From contig CAVUZH010000020.1 of assembly GCA_963745835.1 (NCBI GenBank), forward strand, positions 1 through 64,000: a stretch of DNA of 64,000 nt, read 5' to 3'. Source of the stretch: an uncultured delta proteobacterium (GTDB lineage Bacteria; Desulfobacterota; Binatia; UBA9968). A model generated the notes under the pieces. The model was not told the DNA's origin, did no database searches, and was given only the letters and a program-made list of their open reading frames with translations. Shown in pieces: positions 31,653 through 42,047 of the stretch (its first letter is position 1; each line of letters begins with the position of its first letter). Made by a program: the position numbers and the translations under genes.

Positions 31653-33212
31653 CTACGGTTGGCTCGACACTATCGGCGCCGGCATTCTGAAATCAATCGG
31701 ATGAATGACTTTGGTATACGGGTAGGGCTCCGTTTCGACGTGCCAATTCGCCCAGATTCTTCCTGAATCATCGGGTTCTAAGCTGAGCCAGTTCCTCGCG
31801 CCGACATAATGATGATGGGTGCCGGGAAACTCCAGCATCTCGCTGTAAAGGTCGCGGTCCAGTTCCATTTTCTTGCCGGTTACAGTTTCCAAGAAAAAAA
31901 GGACGACGCCGGCCGGCGGTGGATGCACGATGCCGGACGAGGTCAACTGATTGATCACTTGGGTGCTGGGATCATCTGCAGTCGAGCGGGTCGACGCGAC
32001 GATACCAAGAGCGCCGACGTGCACATCGCCGGAAAGCACCGTGACCCGGCATTTCTTGGCGTCAGCAAAGGCCAACAAACGGTGAATCAGCCGCAACCGT
32101 TCTTGGCGGTGAGGCACGCTCAGCCACTGATCTCTGAGATCGTCTTCCAGCTCTTGCCGTCCAGGGAAAATCCCTAAAAGCTTCTCGAGCAGCGCAAACT
32201 CAGGATGGACTACTGGAATACTGGACATCAGCAACAGGTGTCGAGCCGACGGGGTTTGGCTTCTTCTGCGCGGGGACGTTGCATCCAACCAGTCATAGAT
32301 AGCCTTCCAAGATTCCGCACTGATGACCTGGCTCTTGGTTCTTTCGCTTCGCATGTCCAAGGCCAGCAGTGTCAGGCCGGCTATTTCAGCGCCGAGGCTA
32401 AAAGCCTGCTGCGCTTTGATCGATAGCGGGTGAGTTTCGTCGCGGCCAAGTTGCAACTGGTAGAGCGCAAAATATTCTCTCGCGATGGCAAATATTCCCT
32501 TGTAAACATCACACTGCTGAAGTTCCGCTTCATACGATCCCCAACCGTCGAAGATATCGTGATCGTCCCACATCATGATGCTCGGCACTTGAGCGAGAAC
32601 GCGCGCGGGCTCGGCTTGCGACCATCGCTCCACGTAGACGTCCGCGTAGAACTGATCCACCAGCGAGCGCATTTCATCGGTAAACGGCTGCTTGATCCGT
32701 TGTTCAAGCGGCAGTCTCGCCCATTCCTGGAGCGGCATAAGCTTGTCCCACATCGAATCGCAATAAAGCTGATCTCCACCCATCATCAACAGATGATATG
32801 GCCTCGCCTCATGCTTTTCAGCAACCTGCCGCCATAACCGGTTGGCGTCTTTGGTGTCGTTCAGCAACTTCATACTGGAAAATCCATTGCAGGATGCATA
32901 AAGCATGTTGGGAATGGCGTCGCGCGGCGGCACGACAAACAAATTTTCCACAGCGCCTATGGTGTAACTGACTGGCTGGGCGCGGGCAGTCTGTTTAACG
33001 GCAAAATCGAAGCGCCAGACCTGAAAAGTCGGATTGGACTCGGGAAACGCCTTTAGAAGTTTTGCCGCCCGCTTGATAGCTTTCCTGTTGCCGCTCTGAA
33101 GAATCAATTCCGGCGGGTTGCTTAAGATGTCGGTCACGATCAGCGCGCTTAAACTCCAACCAATCGTTGTCACTCCACGAAAACTAAGAATCGGCCCAAG
33201 AGAAATTTTCAT
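31653..33212 (-). CDS. PhoD-like metallophosphatase
   Basis: YASCNG, GGDQLYCD, MMWDDHDIFDGWGS, LSGDVH; no obvious signal peptide. Confidence 0.85.
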   Translation of the reverse strand: MKISLGPILSFRGVTTIGWSLSALIVTDILSNPPELILQSGNRKAIKRAAKLLKAFPESNPTFQVWRFDFAVKQTARAQPVSYTIGAVENLFVVPPRDAIPNMLYASCNGFSSMKLLNDTKDANRLWRQVAEKHEARPYHLLMMGGDQLYCDSMWDKLMPLQEWARLPLEQRIKQPFTDEMRSLVDQFYADVYVERWSQAEPARVLAQVPSIMMWDDHDIFDGWGSYEAELQQCDVYKGIFAIAREYFALYQLQLGRDETHPLSIKAQQAFSLGAEIAGLTLLALDMRSERTKSQVISAESWKAIYDWLDATSPRRRSQTPSARHLLLMSSIPVVHPEFALLEKLLGIFPGRQELEDDLRDQWLSVPHRQERLRLIHRLLAFADAKKCRVTVLSGDVHVGALGIVASTRSTADDPSTQVINQLTSSGIVHPPPAGVVLFFLETVTGKKMELDRDLYSEMLEFPGTHHHYVGARNWLSLEPDDSGRIWANWHVETEPYPYTKVIHPIDFRMPAPIVSSQP

Positions 33213-33233
33213 CGTCGCTCTCCTATCTCTGAC

Positions 33234-33263
33234 GTTGAACGTTTGAACGTTGAACCATTGAAC
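33234..33263. repeat. TTGAAC short tandem repeat (half element)
   Basis: GTTGAAC GTTTGAAC GTTGAAC CATTGAAC. Confidence 0.55.
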
Positions 33264-33269
33264 AGCTGT

Positions 33270-34448
33270 TCAGACTGCCTGTCCCGCGGCATTGCCGGAT
33301 GCCCAAGCCCACTGAAAATTGAATCCGCCGAGATGGCCGGTCACATCAACCACCTCGCCGATTATATAAAGCCCGGGTATCATTTTGGACTCCATGGTTG
33401 TCGAGGAAAGCTCATCGGTGTTGACGCCTCCTGCGGTCACCTCGGCGGTACGATACCCTTCCGTGCCGACCGGATGAAACGCCCATCCCTGTAGTTGGGC
33501 GGCAACTTGCCGCAGTTCGGCGGCGCGATACTGTCGCAGCGGCCGGCTGTCAAATTTGATCTCGGATAATCTCTGGGCGAGGCGCTTGGGAAATCTTTCG
33601 CCAAGCACATTTTTGAGTTCTGCCGCCGGCCGGGTCTGCTGCCGCTCCAGCAACCACTCGGCCCCATCGATGCTCGGCAAAAAATTCACGCGCAGCTCTT
33701 GGCCGTGTCTCCAGTAAGAAGATATCTGCAACATCGCCGGCCCGCTGATGCCGCGATGGGTAAACAGCATCGGGGCGGCAAAACTTTGACCGTTTGAAGT
33801 TGCTTCGACCGGTAATCCAATGCCGGCTAAATCCTGATAGCGTGTCAGATCCTCTGCGCTGAACGTAAACGGCACCAGCGCCGGATAGGTCGGCACGATG
33901 CTATGTCCAAACCGTTTGGCGAGCTCATAACCGAAATTCGTGGCGCCCATCTTCGGGATCGACAGGCCGCCTGAAGCGATGACTAACGATGCCGAGTGAA
34001 TCGGACCGCCGCCGGTCTCGATTATAAAACCCTCGCCCGCTCGCTCTACGGACGTCACCACGCCGTTTACTTCGATGCGGGCGCCGGCCTGCCGACATTC
34101 ATTCGCCAGCATCGTCACGATCGGCTTGGCCGAGTGATCGCAAAACAACTGGCCGCGCTCTTTTTCGTGATAGGCAATGCCATGGCGCTCCACCATGGCA
34201 ATGAAGTCTGAAGGTGTATAGCGCGCCAGTGCTGATTTGCAGAAATGCCGATTGGCCGATAAAAAATTTTCCGGCGTAACATGGAGGTTGGTGAAGTTAC
34301 AGCGGCCGCCGCCGGAGATGAGGATTTTTTTGCCGATCTGACCGCTGCGCTCGATGACCAGAACCCGCCGGCCGCGTTTGCCCGCCTCGATCGCGCACAT
34401 CAAACCGGCAGCGCCACCGCCGATGACGACTACATCATAACGGCGCAT
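33270..34448 (-). CDS. HI0933/YhiN family NAD(P)/FAD-dependent oxidoreductase
   Basis: GGGAAG, ISGGGRCNFTN, AEVTAGGV, GGFNFQWAWASG. Confidence 0.93.
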   Translation of the reverse strand: MRRYDVVVIGGGAAGLMCAIEAGKRGRRVLVIERSGQIGKKILISGGGRCNFTNLHVTPENFLSANRHFCKSALARYTPSDFIAMVERHGIAYHEKERGQLFCDHSAKPIVTMLANECRQAGARIEVNGVVTSVERAGEGFIIETGGGPIHSASLVIASGGLSIPKMGATNFGYELAKRFGHSIVPTYPALVPFTFSAEDLTRYQDLAGIGLPVEATSNGQSFAAPMLFTHRGISGPAMLQISSYWRHGQELRVNFLPSIDGAEWLLERQQTRPAAELKNVLGERFPKRLAQRLSEIKFDSRPLRQYRAAELRQVAAQLQGWAFHPVGTEGYRTAEVTAGGVNTDELSSTTMESKMIPGLYIIGEVVDVTGHLGGFNFQWAWASGNAAGQAV

Positions 34449-34539
34449 CTATGAGATGAGGGGCGCGACCGATAAAATCATATTAAAGCCTTCAGATGAG
34501 GCTCGGCATTTGAAGATGGTATGCGATTGCTGCCGTTGG

Positions 34540-35715
34540 TTAGATCACGCCCTTGTCTTTGAGTTCCGCGATCTTCTTGCCGTCATATCCCAACGCCGTT
34601 AAGAATTCCGCGTTGTGCTCGCCGAGCTCGGGCGGCGGCCCGGGATGAGGTGATTTGGTCTCGCTGTACTCGTTGGGGAATTTAACCGTGCGAATGTCCG
34701 GCCTGTCTTTGCGGTCGATCTTTATTTCCAGACCCATGTGCCTTATCTGCGGGTCTTCGAACAGTTCGAGCATGTTGTAAACCGGCGTGTGCGGCACATC
34801 GTTGAGTTCGAGCTGCTCGAGCCAGAAGGAGCGCGGTTTCTCTTTGAAAAATTCGGTAAACACCGCGTTCAACTCCGAATAATTCTTGCGGCGGTTGGGC
34901 CGGGTGTTGAAGCGTGGATCATCGATCATCTCAGGGTGGCCGGCGGATTTGCACAAACCTTCCCAGAATTTCTGCGGCGACGAGAGATGGATGGCGAAGG
35001 GCAAGCCATCGGAGCCGCTGAACGCGTAAGTTTGCGACTGCATCGGTCGGGTGTAGGGTCCGGGGATTTTTCCAGTGGCGAGCGCATCGGTGGCCGGAGC
35101 ATTCAAAAAAGCCAGAACCGAGCCCGCCATCGTGGTATCGACCTGCTGGCCTTTGCCCGTTTTCGATCGCGCCACCAACGCGCTTAGAACACCGACGGTT
35201 GCGAATACCCCGCTCAAGCTATCGGCATAGTTGGGCCCGATCGGGCGTGGATCTTTCGCCTCCATCAGCAAACTCAGCATACCGCCAAGTCCCTGGCCCA
35301 CCGTGTCGTAGGCCGGCCGCTTAGCATAGGGACCGGTCGGGCCGGTGCCGGTGATCGAACAGTAAATGAGTTGCTGGTTGAGCTTGCTCAGGCTCTCGTA
35401 ATCGATGCCCAATCGCTTTGTCACTCCCGGCCGGTAGTTTTCCACAATCACATCGGCATCTTTGACCAAGCCAAGAAAGATCTCCTTGCCCTCCGGGGTT
35501 TGCAAATTCAACGTCACGCTTTTCTTGCCGCGGTTGTAAGCCCAGAAATTGGGTTGATCGCCGCCCAGATCCCAACCGCGAAAGGGATCGCCGCCTTGAG
35601 GATTTTCAATCTTGATGACTTCCGCGCCCAGATCCGCAAGCAACATCGCGCCATAAGGACCGGAAATAAAATTACCGAGCTCCAAAACCCTGATGCCTTC
35701 TAAACAACCATTCAT
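34540..35715 (-). CDS. Class III CoA-transferase (CaiB/BaiF), copy 1
   Basis: LADLGAEVIKIE, NRGKKS, ENYRPG, catalytic Asp in YADSLSG, PPELGEH. Confidence 0.92.
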   Translation of the reverse strand: MNGCLEGIRVLELGNFISGPYGAMLLADLGAEVIKIENPQGGDPFRGWDLGGDQPNFWAYNRGKKSVTLNLQTPEGKEIFLGLVKDADVIVENYRPGVTKRLGIDYESLSKLNQQLIYCSITGTGPTGPYAKRPAYDTVGQGLGGMLSLLMEAKDPRPIGPNYADSLSGVFATVGVLSALVARSKTGKGQQVDTTMAGSVLAFLNAPATDALATGKIPGPYTRPMQSQTYAFSGSDGLPFAIHLSSPQKFWEGLCKSAGHPEMIDDPRFNTRPNRRKNYSELNAVFTEFFKEKPRSFWLEQLELNDVPHTPVYNMLELFEDPQIRHMGLEIKIDRKDRPDIRTVKFPNEYSETKSPHPGPPPELGEHNAEFLTALGYDGKKIAELKDKGVI

Positions 35716-35768
35716 ATACTCTCTCCTACTGGAAATTCTCTCTCATCGTTTTGTGATTCGGAGCAGAC

Positions 35769-35837
35769 TCACCACGGAGATGCGGAAGATGCAGAGAAAT
35801 GATCATAAACACTCAGCGAACTCTGTCTGCGCGGTGA
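35769..35837. repeat. Imperfect palindrome of the CACCACAGAG/CTCTGT-GGTG class
   Basis: TCACCACGGAGATGCGGAAGATGCAGAG...CTCAGCGAACTCTGTCTGCGCGGTGA between the two CoA-transferase genes. Confidence 0.55.
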
Positions 35838-35846
35838 ATATCGCTT

Positions 35847-37022
35847 TTAAATAACGCCCTTCTGTTTGAGCTCGGCGATCCTTGTTTCGTCATAACCCAA
35901 GGACTTCAAGAATTCATTGTTATGTTCGCCAAGCTCCGGCGGCGGGGCGGGATGAGGCGATGGGGTTTCGCTGTGAGTCAAAGGGAACTTCACGGTTCGA
36001 ATCGTTGGCTTATTTTTTCGCTCAATCGCGATTTCCATGCCCATGTGTTTAACCTGCGGATCTCCGAACACCTCCTTCAAGTTATACACGGGCGTATGCG
36101 GCACGTCGTTGGCTTCGAGCGCCTCGATCCATGCCGACCGGGGCCGTTGTTTGAAAAACGCCGCGAAAGTCTGGCTGAGCGCGTCATAGTTGGAACGCCG
36201 CTCCGGCCGTGTTCTAAACCGGGGATCTTCGATCAATTCCGGATGGCCGACCGTTTTGCATAAACCTTCCCAGAATTTTTGCGGCGACGACAAGTGAATC
36301 GCCAGCAGTGCGCCGTCCGCGCAGGCGAAGGCATAAGTCTGCGATTGGCGCGGCCGGGTGTACGGACCTGGGATTCTTCCATCTGCGAGAGTTTCGGTTG
36401 CCGGCGCGTTCAAAAAAGCCAGAATCGAACCGACCATGGTGGCATCGATTTGTTGTCCCTTGCCGGTACGCATGCGCGCCGTCAGCGCTCCCAAAATGCC
36501 CAGCGCCGAGAACATGCCACTCAAGCAGTCCGCGTAGGCCGGGCCGACCGGCTTAGGATTCTGCGGGTCCATGAGAACACTCATCATGCCGCCCATTCCT
36601 TGACCCACCGTGTCATAGGCCGGCCGTTTGACGTAGGGCCCGGTCGGTCCGGTACCTGTGATCGAGCAGCATATAATTTTTTCATTGACCTTCTGCAGCG
36701 ATTCGAAATCGATACCCAGCTTCTTAGTTACGCCTGGACGGTAATTGTCCATGACTACGTCGGCCTGCTTCACGAGGCCATAAAAAATTTCCTTGCCTTC
36801 GGCTGTTTGCAAATTCAAGGTGACACTTTTTTTGCCGCGGTTATAGGCCCAGAAATTGGGCTGGTCGCCGCCAAAATCCCAGCCGCGAAAAGGATCGCCG
36901 CCCTTGGGATTCTCAACCTTGATAACTTCGGCGCCCATATCCGCGAGCAACATCGCGCCATAAGGACCGGAAATAAAATTTCCAAGCTCCAAAACTCTGA
37001 TGCCGTCCAAACAACCCTTCAT
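35847..37022 (-). CDS. Class III CoA-transferase (CaiB/BaiF), copy 2
   Basis: Same motifs, same length (391 aa) and colinear with copy 1. Confidence 0.92.
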   Translation of the reverse strand: MKGCLDGIRVLELGNFISGPYGAMLLADMGAEVIKVENPKGGDPFRGWDFGGDQPNFWAYNRGKKSVTLNLQTAEGKEIFYGLVKQADVVMDNYRPGVTKKLGIDFESLQKVNEKIICCSITGTGPTGPYVKRPAYDTVGQGMGGMMSVLMDPQNPKPVGPAYADCLSGMFSALGILGALTARMRTGKGQQIDATMVGSILAFLNAPATETLADGRIPGPYTRPRQSQTYAFACADGALLAIHLSSPQKFWEGLCKTVGHPELIEDPRFRTRPERRSNYDALSQTFAAFFKQRPRSAWIEALEANDVPHTPVYNLKEVFGDPQVKHMGMEIAIERKNKPTIRTVKFPLTHSETPSPHPAPPPELGEHNNEFLKSLGYDETRIAELKQKGVI

Positions 37023-37136
37023 GCGTTTACCTCTTTAATTTTTACTCACGCCTGTCGCCGGCAGCGACGTCCGATAGACAGGAGTGGGCGATTTCGATAT
37101 TGGACTTTCATACCTTCCAATTCACAGGAGAACAAG

Positions 37137-38504
37137 ATGGCAACGCCACCGCCCGTCACCGAGACCTTAGCTCGTTTCGTCGCCGAGACCGACTATTCGG
37201 CCATCTCCGATAGTGCCTTGAGCAACGCCAAAATGCACCTGCTCGATACCATTGGCGCTGGCTTAGCGGCAGTGAGCACGACCGTGGCGGCCATTGCGGT
37301 CAATTATTGCAAACGAATGGGACATTCGCAGGAAGCCTCGATCTGGGGAACGACTGAGAAAGCTTCGGCTCCGATGGCGGCCTTTACCAACGGTTTATTA
37401 GCCCACACTTTGGATTTCGATGACTGGGATGCCTACCTGCGCGCGGGTCATCCGAGCAGCGTGATCACTGCCGCCGCGCTTGCGCTGGGCGAGAATATCG
37501 GCGCCTCCGGAAAAGATTTTTTGAAAGCCTATGTTTTTGGGATTGAAGTGCTCACGCAAATGGCCGCCGGTACCCCCGAGCTGCATAAACGCGGCTTTCA
37601 CAGCACGCCGGTGTGGGGCAGCATCGGCGGGGTCATCGCATCGGCCAGTTTGCTCAAATTGGATCCGGAAAAAATCAAAGCCGCTCTTGGCGTGGCCGCC
37701 TCGGGCGCGGCGGGGATCCAACGTCAACAGGGCTCGATGGTCAAACCGTTTCATGCCGGCAATGCCGCCCGCAACGGCGTCGAAGCCGCGCTTCTGGCGC
37801 AGCAAGGTTTTACCGCCGATCAGAATATCATCGAGGCGCCGCGCGGCTTTTGCGACACATTCTTCGGCTCGGGAACTTGCGATTACGAAAAGATGTTAAG
37901 AGGCATCGGTCAGCCCTATTTCCTGGAATCACCCGCACTCGGGCTGAAAATGCATCCGTGCAGCGCGCCACAATTTCTCGCGGCCGATGCGGCGCTGCAG
38001 CTCAAGCGCGAGCATGCAATCGATTTTGCCGATGTCGCCAAGATCGAGGTCAGTATTCCGCCGATGCGCTACCAACGGCATTTCCACGCCGAAGTGAAAA
38101 CCGGCCTGCGCGGAAAATTTGCGATCAATTATGTCGTTGCGCTCGGCGTACTCGACGGCAAGCTGGACAATGATACTTTCACCGATGCAAAAGCCAACGA
38201 TCCGCTGGTTCAGCAAGCCCTGCGCAGAGTTGACGTGATAATCGACGATTCGATTCCCGAACCCGGCACCTACTGCCCGGTGACCATTGAATTGAAGAAC
38301 GGCAGGCGGCTGAGTCACACGGCACGAATTGCCAAAGGCCATCCAGAAAATCCCATGAGCGAAAGCGAGATCTTGGCCAAGTTCAAGAACAACGTCAAGG
38401 GAGTCATCTCGACAGAACGTTCGGAACAGTTGATCGCCGCATTGAAGAATCTGGAAGAGATTGGCGATCTGCGACAGGTGACGGGTTTCTTGCGGCCGGC
38501 GTGA
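37137..38504 (+). CDS. MmgE/PrpD family protein
   Basis: NGLLAHTLDFDD, HPSS, GFHST, KPFHAG, KMHPC, KGHPENPM; start ATG 37137 after AGGAG. Confidence 0.9.
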   Translation: MATPPPVTETLARFVAETDYSAISDSALSNAKMHLLDTIGAGLAAVSTTVAAIAVNYCKRMGHSQEASIWGTTEKASAPMAAFTNGLLAHTLDFDDWDAYLRAGHPSSVITAAALALGENIGASGKDFLKAYVFGIEVLTQMAAGTPELHKRGFHSTPVWGSIGGVIASASLLKLDPEKIKAALGVAASGAAGIQRQQGSMVKPFHAGNAARNGVEAALLAQQGFTADQNIIEAPRGFCDTFFGSGTCDYEKMLRGIGQPYFLESPALGLKMHPCSAPQFLAADAALQLKREHAIDFADVAKIEVSIPPMRYQRHFHAEVKTGLRGKFAINYVVALGVLDGKLDNDTFTDAKANDPLVQQALRRVDVIIDDSIPEPGTYCPVTIELKNGRRLSHTARIAKGHPENPMSESEILAKFKNNVKGVISTERSEQLIAALKNLEEIGDLRQVTGFLRPA

Positions 38505-38522
38505 GCCGGATAGGACGATAGT

Positions 38523-39377
38523 TTAACTCTGCGCCGGATGTTGACTGGCCAATCGCGGCACCTTGTGGCGATTGTAACTCCACAAGTATTGCTCGGGGCA
38601 GCGCCGCACCAGGTTTTCAACCAAGCGGTTGAGTGTGCTCTCATCGAAATTCTCGCTTGCCACCGGATCGAACTCAAGTTCGAAGCCGGTGCCGCAAGGC
38701 AGCCGTTTGCTAAAGACACTGATGAGCGAGGCGCCCGTGCTCTGCTGCAATTTTCGCACTAGAGGCATGGTATAGGCCGGACGGCCAAAGAAATCGGCCC
38801 ATACTCCGGCGGCGGACTTGGGCGCTTGATCCGGCAGTAAGGCAATCGCTTGACCGCTATGCAGAGTTTTCAAAAGCAATTGAACGCCTCCTCGATTGGT
38901 CGGCGCCAAGCGTAGTTGTTCGCGGCTGCGGCCGGCGATGATCAGGGACTTAACCCATTTTTGCCGCGGCGGCCGGTAGAGAACGGTCAGCGGCATTCGC
39001 TTGGCAACGTACTGAGCGGCAATTTCGAAGCAACCCAGATGTGGGGTAATGAATATTATTCCTTTGCCTAGCTTTCGCGCTGCTTCCACATGGGCCCAAC
39101 CTTGGCATTCGATAACCAGCTTGTTGATTTCACGATCTCGTCCGAACCAAACTTTCGCCAGCTCCACCGCTGCTTTACCCGATTCACGAACGGTTTCATG
39201 AAGCAACGCGCGATATTCGGTCTCACTGGCGCAAATCGCGCTGGCGCGCAGATTCTCTCTCAGACGCCGCGCATGGGTCGGCCAAATCCAGTATGTGACC
39301 CAGCCGACGATCACGCCGATGCGATGCAACCAACGAAGCGGCAGTCGAGCGATTATTCTTAATAAGGCAGGCAACAA
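38523..39377 (-). CDS. Lysophospholipid / lipid A acyltransferase (LpxL/HtrB-like)
   Basis: TPHLGCFE, LLPDQ, FFGRPA, PEQYLWSYNR. Confidence 0.88.
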   Translation of the reverse strand: MLPALLRIIARLPLRWLHRIGVIVGWVTYWIWPTHARRLRENLRASAICASETEYRALLHETVRESGKAAVELAKVWFGRDREINKLVIECQGWAHVEAARKLGKGIIFITPHLGCFEIAAQYVAKRMPLTVLYRPPRQKWVKSLIIAGRSREQLRLAPTNRGGVQLLLKTLHSGQAIALLPDQAPKSAAGVWADFFGRPAYTMPLVRKLQQSTGASLISVFSKRLPCGTGFELEFDPVASENFDESTLNRLVENLVRRCPEQYLWSYNRHKVPRLASQHPAQS

Positions 39378-39602
39378 AATGAATACGAGGTAACTGGGCG
39401 CGGCTTTTCGATCTTAGAGGATGAGTTCCCATTAGGATACCTTCTAGGAGCTAATCCGGCAACTCTAAAACCCATCAGCCAAGATAATTAACGCTAATTT
39501 AGCTGGCGCGCTGCTGCCTTGCGCTGTGCTTGGACATCTATCCTCGGCTACGGTATGGGAACTCCATCCCGATTATTACCAATTTCTAAAAAACTCTAGG
39601 TG

Positions 39603-39804
39603 CAGGCTGCTCAAAAACTCAGAGGCTGTGCGCGCCGGTTCGACGTGCGTGCAGCGATGCGTGGGTACGTTGCAGCGAGGCAAATCGCGCGGACATGCGC
39701 GGGTTCAGCGGCTGGATGTCGGGAAACAAACAGCTATCCGGCCACTTACCGTTCATCGAACCGACACCAAGGCAACGAAGCATATGAATTTTTTTTGGAG
39801 CCTG
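39603..39804 (+). mobile_element. MITE-like element, family A (longer variant)
   Basis: Ends CAGGCTGCTCAAAAA / TTTTTTGGAGCCTG; internal TACGTTGCAGCGAGGC and CAACGAAGCA resemble the 58452 copy. Confidence 0.6.
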
Positions 39805-39830
39805 CTAGAACAGAGATCACGGAGGATACC

Positions 39831-41951
39831 TTGGCCAACAACAGTCCTTTGGCTCCGCTGTTTGAGGCGGATCGTCTGGCCATCATCGGCGCCAGCGATC
39901 GCAATCACTACGCCGTCAATATAATCAAGAACCTGCAGAACATGGGCTTCGACTCTTCACGGATCGTGCCGATCAATCCGGGCCGGCCGGAAGTCTTCGG
40001 CTTGAAAGCATATCCGAGTGTTCTCGAAGTGCCCGGGGAAATTCCCCTTGCAGTGATCGCAGTCAATACCAACACGGTTGTCGGCGTGGTCGAGGAGTTA
40101 GGTATAAAAGCAGTGAAAGCCGGCGTCATTTTTGCCGACGGCTTCGCCGAAGGAGGAGAACAAGGGAACAAGCTCCAACAACGCCTGACCGATGCCGCCA
40201 AAGCCAGCGGGTTGAAGCTACTTGGTCCCAACTGCATGGGTTTTGTTTCGGTGCCCGCCAAGCTGGGTATTTGGGGCGGCGAACTGCCAAAAAATCTTCG
40301 CGCCGGCAACATCGGCTGCATCTTCCAAAGCAGCGGCATGATGAACTTGATCATGATCCTCGGCACTAAGCGCGGTTTCGGGTTTCATCTCTGCGCCAGC
40401 GGCGGCAATGAAATAATCTTAAATTCCGCCGACTATCTGGAATACCAAGCCGACTGTCCGGAGATTGATGTAATCGCCGCGTACTTGGAGGCGGCGCCGA
40501 AAGAACCAGAAAGGTTTGCTGCCGCGCTCGACCGCGCCATCGCCAACGGCAAAAGCGTGCTGATACTGCGCGCCGGCCGAACCGACCGAGCCAAACGCAA
40601 CGTCATCGCGCACACCGGCCAACTGGCCGGCTCGGCCGCCACATGGGACGCATTTTTCGAGCAACACGGCGCTATTCTGGTGAACGATCTCGATGATTTG
40701 ATCGACACCATCGCGCTCTTTGCCGGTGCCAAGGTCCGGCCGGATAGACACGAGCGCGGCGTTGGTCTGATAACCATATCCGGCGGCGATTGCACCTTGC
40801 TGTGCGATATCGCCGATCAGGAGAGTGTCACGCTTGCCGAACTCAGCCTGGAAACCCAAAATATTTTGACCGAAAGTCTCGACAAACCAACATTGCTGGG
40901 AAATCCCCTGGACGTCGAGGACCTGCAACGAATGAAGCCCGCAGCTTTTGATCTGTGTTTGCAGACATTCTTCCAAGAACCCAATATCGATATGTTGGGA
41001 ATTCGCCTGAATCTTCCGGAAACGATCACGCCGGCATCTGAAGAGCTCTACGGCAAAATTGCCGATCTCAGTAAAGCCACCGACAAGCGTGTCTTCGTGC
41101 TCACACGCGCTACGGAACCGCCCGCGGAAGTCTGGCACGAGCGGCTCAACGACTTAGGTTTGACCTTCACCGGCGATTACCGCAAATCACTGCGTGCTCT
41201 TGGCCGTTTGCGCCGCAACGAAGTTGATCGCGCCAACGGCCGCTTCACTCCAGCGATACGCTCAGACGCCGCGCCGACGCGGCCAAATTTGGGCCATGGC
41301 CTGCTGTCGTATCGCGCAGCCGAAACACTGTTGCAAGCCTACGATATAACGATGACTCAGACGATCCTGGCGCAATCAATGGATGAAGCGGTTACGGCCG
41401 CGGAGCAAGTCGGCTACCCATGCGTTCTTAAAGTAGCGTCGGTGGATCTGCCGCACAAAACCGAATTCGGCGCGCTGCGCTTGGGTTTAGAAAATCGTGA
41501 TAGTGTTCGGCGCGCACACGACGAAATGCTATCGCGAGTGCGCGCGCTCAAGCCTGAGGCTAACATCGAAGGCGTTCTGGTGCAGAAACAAATCAAAGGC
41601 ATCGAGTGTTTGCTGGGCGTCTCCCGTGACGAGCAACTTGGGCCCACGTTGGTCATGGGTCTCGGCGGCGTTTTCGTCGAGGTTCTCGCCGACGTGGCGC
41701 TGCGCATTCCGTCGATCAGCGCCGCCGAAGCGCGCCGTGCGCTGGAAGACTTGAAAGGCGCAAAAGTTTTCCACGGGATCCGTGGCGCACCGCCCGCCGA
41801 CATCGACGCTCTGGCCCAAATCGCTGCGCGGCTTTCCTGGCTCGCCTACGATCTGCGCGACGAGATTGCCGAGTTGGATTTAAATCCCGTGATCGTCCTG
41901 CCTAAGGATCAGGGTGCGTTCGCTGTAGACGCGTTGGTGGTAATGCGCTGA
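39831..41951 (+). CDS. Acetate-CoA ligase (ADP-forming) family, fused CoA-binding and ATP-grasp domains
   Basis: IIGAS, LLGPNCMG, AHTGQLAG, SGG, NPLD, HKTEFGA, ELDLNPV; TTG start after GGAGG. Confidence 0.9.
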   Translation: MANNSPLAPLFEADRLAIIGASDRNHYAVNIIKNLQNMGFDSSRIVPINPGRPEVFGLKAYPSVLEVPGEIPLAVIAVNTNTVVGVVEELGIKAVKAGVIFADGFAEGGEQGNKLQQRLTDAAKASGLKLLGPNCMGFVSVPAKLGIWGGELPKNLRAGNIGCIFQSSGMMNLIMILGTKRGFGFHLCASGGNEIILNSADYLEYQADCPEIDVIAAYLEAAPKEPERFAAALDRAIANGKSVLILRAGRTDRAKRNVIAHTGQLAGSAATWDAFFEQHGAILVNDLDDLIDTIALFAGAKVRPDRHERGVGLITISGGDCTLLCDIADQESVTLAELSLETQNILTESLDKPTLLGNPLDVEDLQRMKPAAFDLCLQTFFQEPNIDMLGIRLNLPETITPASEELYGKIADLSKATDKRVFVLTRATEPPAEVWHERLNDLGLTFTGDYRKSLRALGRLRRNEVDRANGRFTPAIRSDAAPTRPNLGHGLLSYRAAETLLQAYDITMTQTILAQSMDEAVTAAEQVGYPCVLKVASVDLPHKTEFGALRLGLENRDSVRRAHDEMLSRVRALKPEANIEGVLVQKQIKGIECLLGVSRDEQLGPTLVMGLGGVFVEVLADVALRIPSISAAEARRALEDLKGAKVFHGIRGAPPADIDALAQIAARLSWLAYDLRDEIAELDLNPVIVLPKDQGAFAVDALVVMR

Positions 41952-42047
41952 GCCCTTGCCGCCTTGGCAAAATTGCGAGCCGTGACGCTTAGCCGTTCGT
42001 CACGACAATTCGCGGTTAACCATTACCACAGTAATCAAAGGCCGATC

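Noticed and set aside
36279-37136. N-terminal 286-aa extension of the 741-aa ORF
   Set aside because: Mostly the antisense shadow of the CoA-transferase gene; MmgE/PrpD homology and an RBS start at 37137
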